NCBI RefSeq assembly: GCF_061322215.1
Contig: NZ_CM196105.1
Length of the DNA stretch: 40,000 bases
Reading direction: 5' to 3' (one strand)
In this document: positions 38,771 through 40,000 of the stretch, piece by piece
Layout: each line of letters starts with the position of its first letter
How positions within the stretch are numbered: the first letter of the stretch is position 1
Made by a program: the position numbers and the translations under genes
The notes under the pieces: generated by a model
Told to the model about the DNA's origin: nothing
Seen by the model: only the letters and a program-made list of their open reading frames with translations
Database searches by the model: none

Positions 38771-40000
38771 TTAGCTAAAGAACATTACCGATACGCACAG
38801 GATACCCACGATCAGCGTAATCAGATTTCCGATGGAACGCCAGGGTTTAAGCGCCGGGATGAGATATGTTGACAGCGTAGGCATGATGAAAAGTATCATG
38901 GCAATGAGCGGGCCGCTGATCGCGTAAATCATCGAAATCGCGTTCGGGTTAATGCAACAAACAATGAAGGTAATGAGCGATACCAACATAATTGATAGTG
39001 CGCGGTTAAATGCACGACTTTTCTTTACACCAACCTGCTGTAGTGTTGTTTTGACGACCTCCGTGGCACCTTCAATAACGCCAAAGTACGTACCCAGGAA
39101 TGATTTCGACATCGCAACTACTGCGACAATAATCCCGGAAATTGACAACCATGCTGGGGCGTTCGGCAGCATAGAAAGCGCCGATAAAATGGTAACCCCT
39201 TCTTCTTTAGCCGCTTCAATATACGAAGGTGGAATAGAAAGCAGGCAGCTAAAGACAAAGAACAGTACACTTATGCAGATGATGAGATAAGCGACTTTCA
39301 TAATTTTTTTGCATTTATCCATAGCATGTTCGCCATATTTTTCACGTCTGTCTATGGCAAACGTAGAAATAATGGGCGTATGGCTAAAGGCGAAAACCAT
39401 CACGGGAATCGATATCCATATCTGGTGAAGGGTATTCTGATTGAACTCTACCTGGGTTGTTAATAGATCAGGTTGCCAACTACCGACCAGGTAAATAGAA
39501 AGAAATAAGAAATAGGCAATCAATGGGAATACCAAAAATCCCATTACCCGAATAGTGGCATGGCGTCCCATCAGAAAAATGAGATTCAGGATTAATACAA
39601 CACCCAGACTCACTAGCATACGGATGCGAAGATCAATAACCATATGCTTTGCCAGCTGTTCTGTAAGTGAGTTGGTAATTGCCACTGCATATATCAACAC
39701 GACGACAAAAAAGGCGATGAAGTACAGCGTGGTAATCAGATTACCAATCTTCTTGCCATAGTAGTGTGTTACTGCGCCCGTTATCCCTTCACCTGCTGAT
39801 GTTTTTGATGAGAGGATGAACTGGCATAAGGCTTTATGTGGCCAATATGTTAAAGGCCAGGCGACCAGAGCAGTAATAAACAGGACCACAGCCCCTGCCG
39901 AACCTAACTGAATAGGAAGGAAGAGCGTGCCTGCACCAACGGCTGTGCCGTAGAGCGCGAAACTCCACAGAGTTTCTTCTTTTGACCAAATATTAGACAT
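38771..40000 (-). CDS. yqeG: YqeG, HAAAP family amino acid (serine-type) transporter
   Basis: 409 aa, about 11 TM; MSNIWSKEETLWSFALYGTAVGAGTLFLPIQLGSAG, SdaC/TdcC-like. Confidence 0.94.
   Translation of the reverse strand: MSNIWSKEETLWSFALYGTAVGAGTLFLPIQLGSAGAVVLFITALVAWPLTYWPHKALCQFILSSKTSAGEGITGAVTHYYGKKIGNLITTLYFIAFFVVVLIYAVAITNSLTEQLAKHMVIDLRIRMLVSLGVVLILNLIFLMGRHATIRVMGFLVFPLIAYFLFLSIYLVGSWQPDLLTTQVEFNQNTLHQIWISIPVMVFAFSHTPIISTFAIDRREKYGEHAMDKCKKIMKVAYLIICISVLFFVFSCLLSIPPSYIEAAKEEGVTILSALSMLPNAPAWLSISGIIVAVVAMSKSFLGTYFGVIEGATEVVKTTLQQVGVKKSRAFNRALSIMLVSLITFIVCCINPNAISMIYAISGPLIAMILFIMPTLSTYLIPALKPWRSIGNLITLIVGILCVSVMFFS

Noticed and set aside
10839-38800. Island attachment-site repeat of the glyU 3' end and integrase gene
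   Set aside because: I looked for a second copy of the tRNA 3' sequence and a recombinase near both edges and saw none; I cannot support mobility signals, and did not do an exhaustive alignment.
1-40000. CRISPR arrays, anti-phage systems, prophage genes or insertion sequences
   Set aside because: No regularly spaced repeats, Cas/toxin-nuclease genes, transposases or phage genes were seen in the ORF translations.

Overview
This is an Escherichia coli-type chromosomal window. Identification is from gene content and order recalled from the literature; no database search was run. Bases 1-10760 are ordinary backbone: ygeY (partial), ygeX, ygeW, sigma-54 regulator ygeV, the xdhCBA molybdenum hydroxylase genes and ygeR, followed by tRNA-Gly glyU (10839-10912). 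From glyU to about 38.4 kb is an AT-rich island carrying what looks like a full-length ETT2 (E. coli type III secretion system 2, SPI-1/Inv-Spa class): eivFGEACIJ-epaOPQRS, eprHIJK, orgA/orgB-like genes, and the ygeK-pbl-ygeI-ygeH-ygeG-yqeK-yqeJ-yqeI-yqeH arm. I saw no frameshift in any structural gene, but translocator and tip genes are missing. Items worth a second look: (i) a candidate InvH-like pilotin lipoprotein next to a LuxR-type regulator, inserted in reverse orientation between epaS and eprH; (ii) an unlisted 59-aa GTG-start ORF resembling the GhoT/OrtT membrane toxins; (iii) an internal ribosome binding site plus ATG at codon 203 of epaO, as in SpaO; (iv) a 26-nt homopolymer upstream of the chaperone-like gene ygeG; (v) a receiver-like regulator (ygeK) lacking the phospho-acceptor Asp; (vi) a Cys-rich N-terminus in the LuxR-type regulator yqeH; (vii) an exported GH15-like protein between glyU and the T3SS; (viii) an uncharacterised 163-aa ORF upstream of ygeG. 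ETT2 itself is a known system, so the novelty, if any, lies in these parts.
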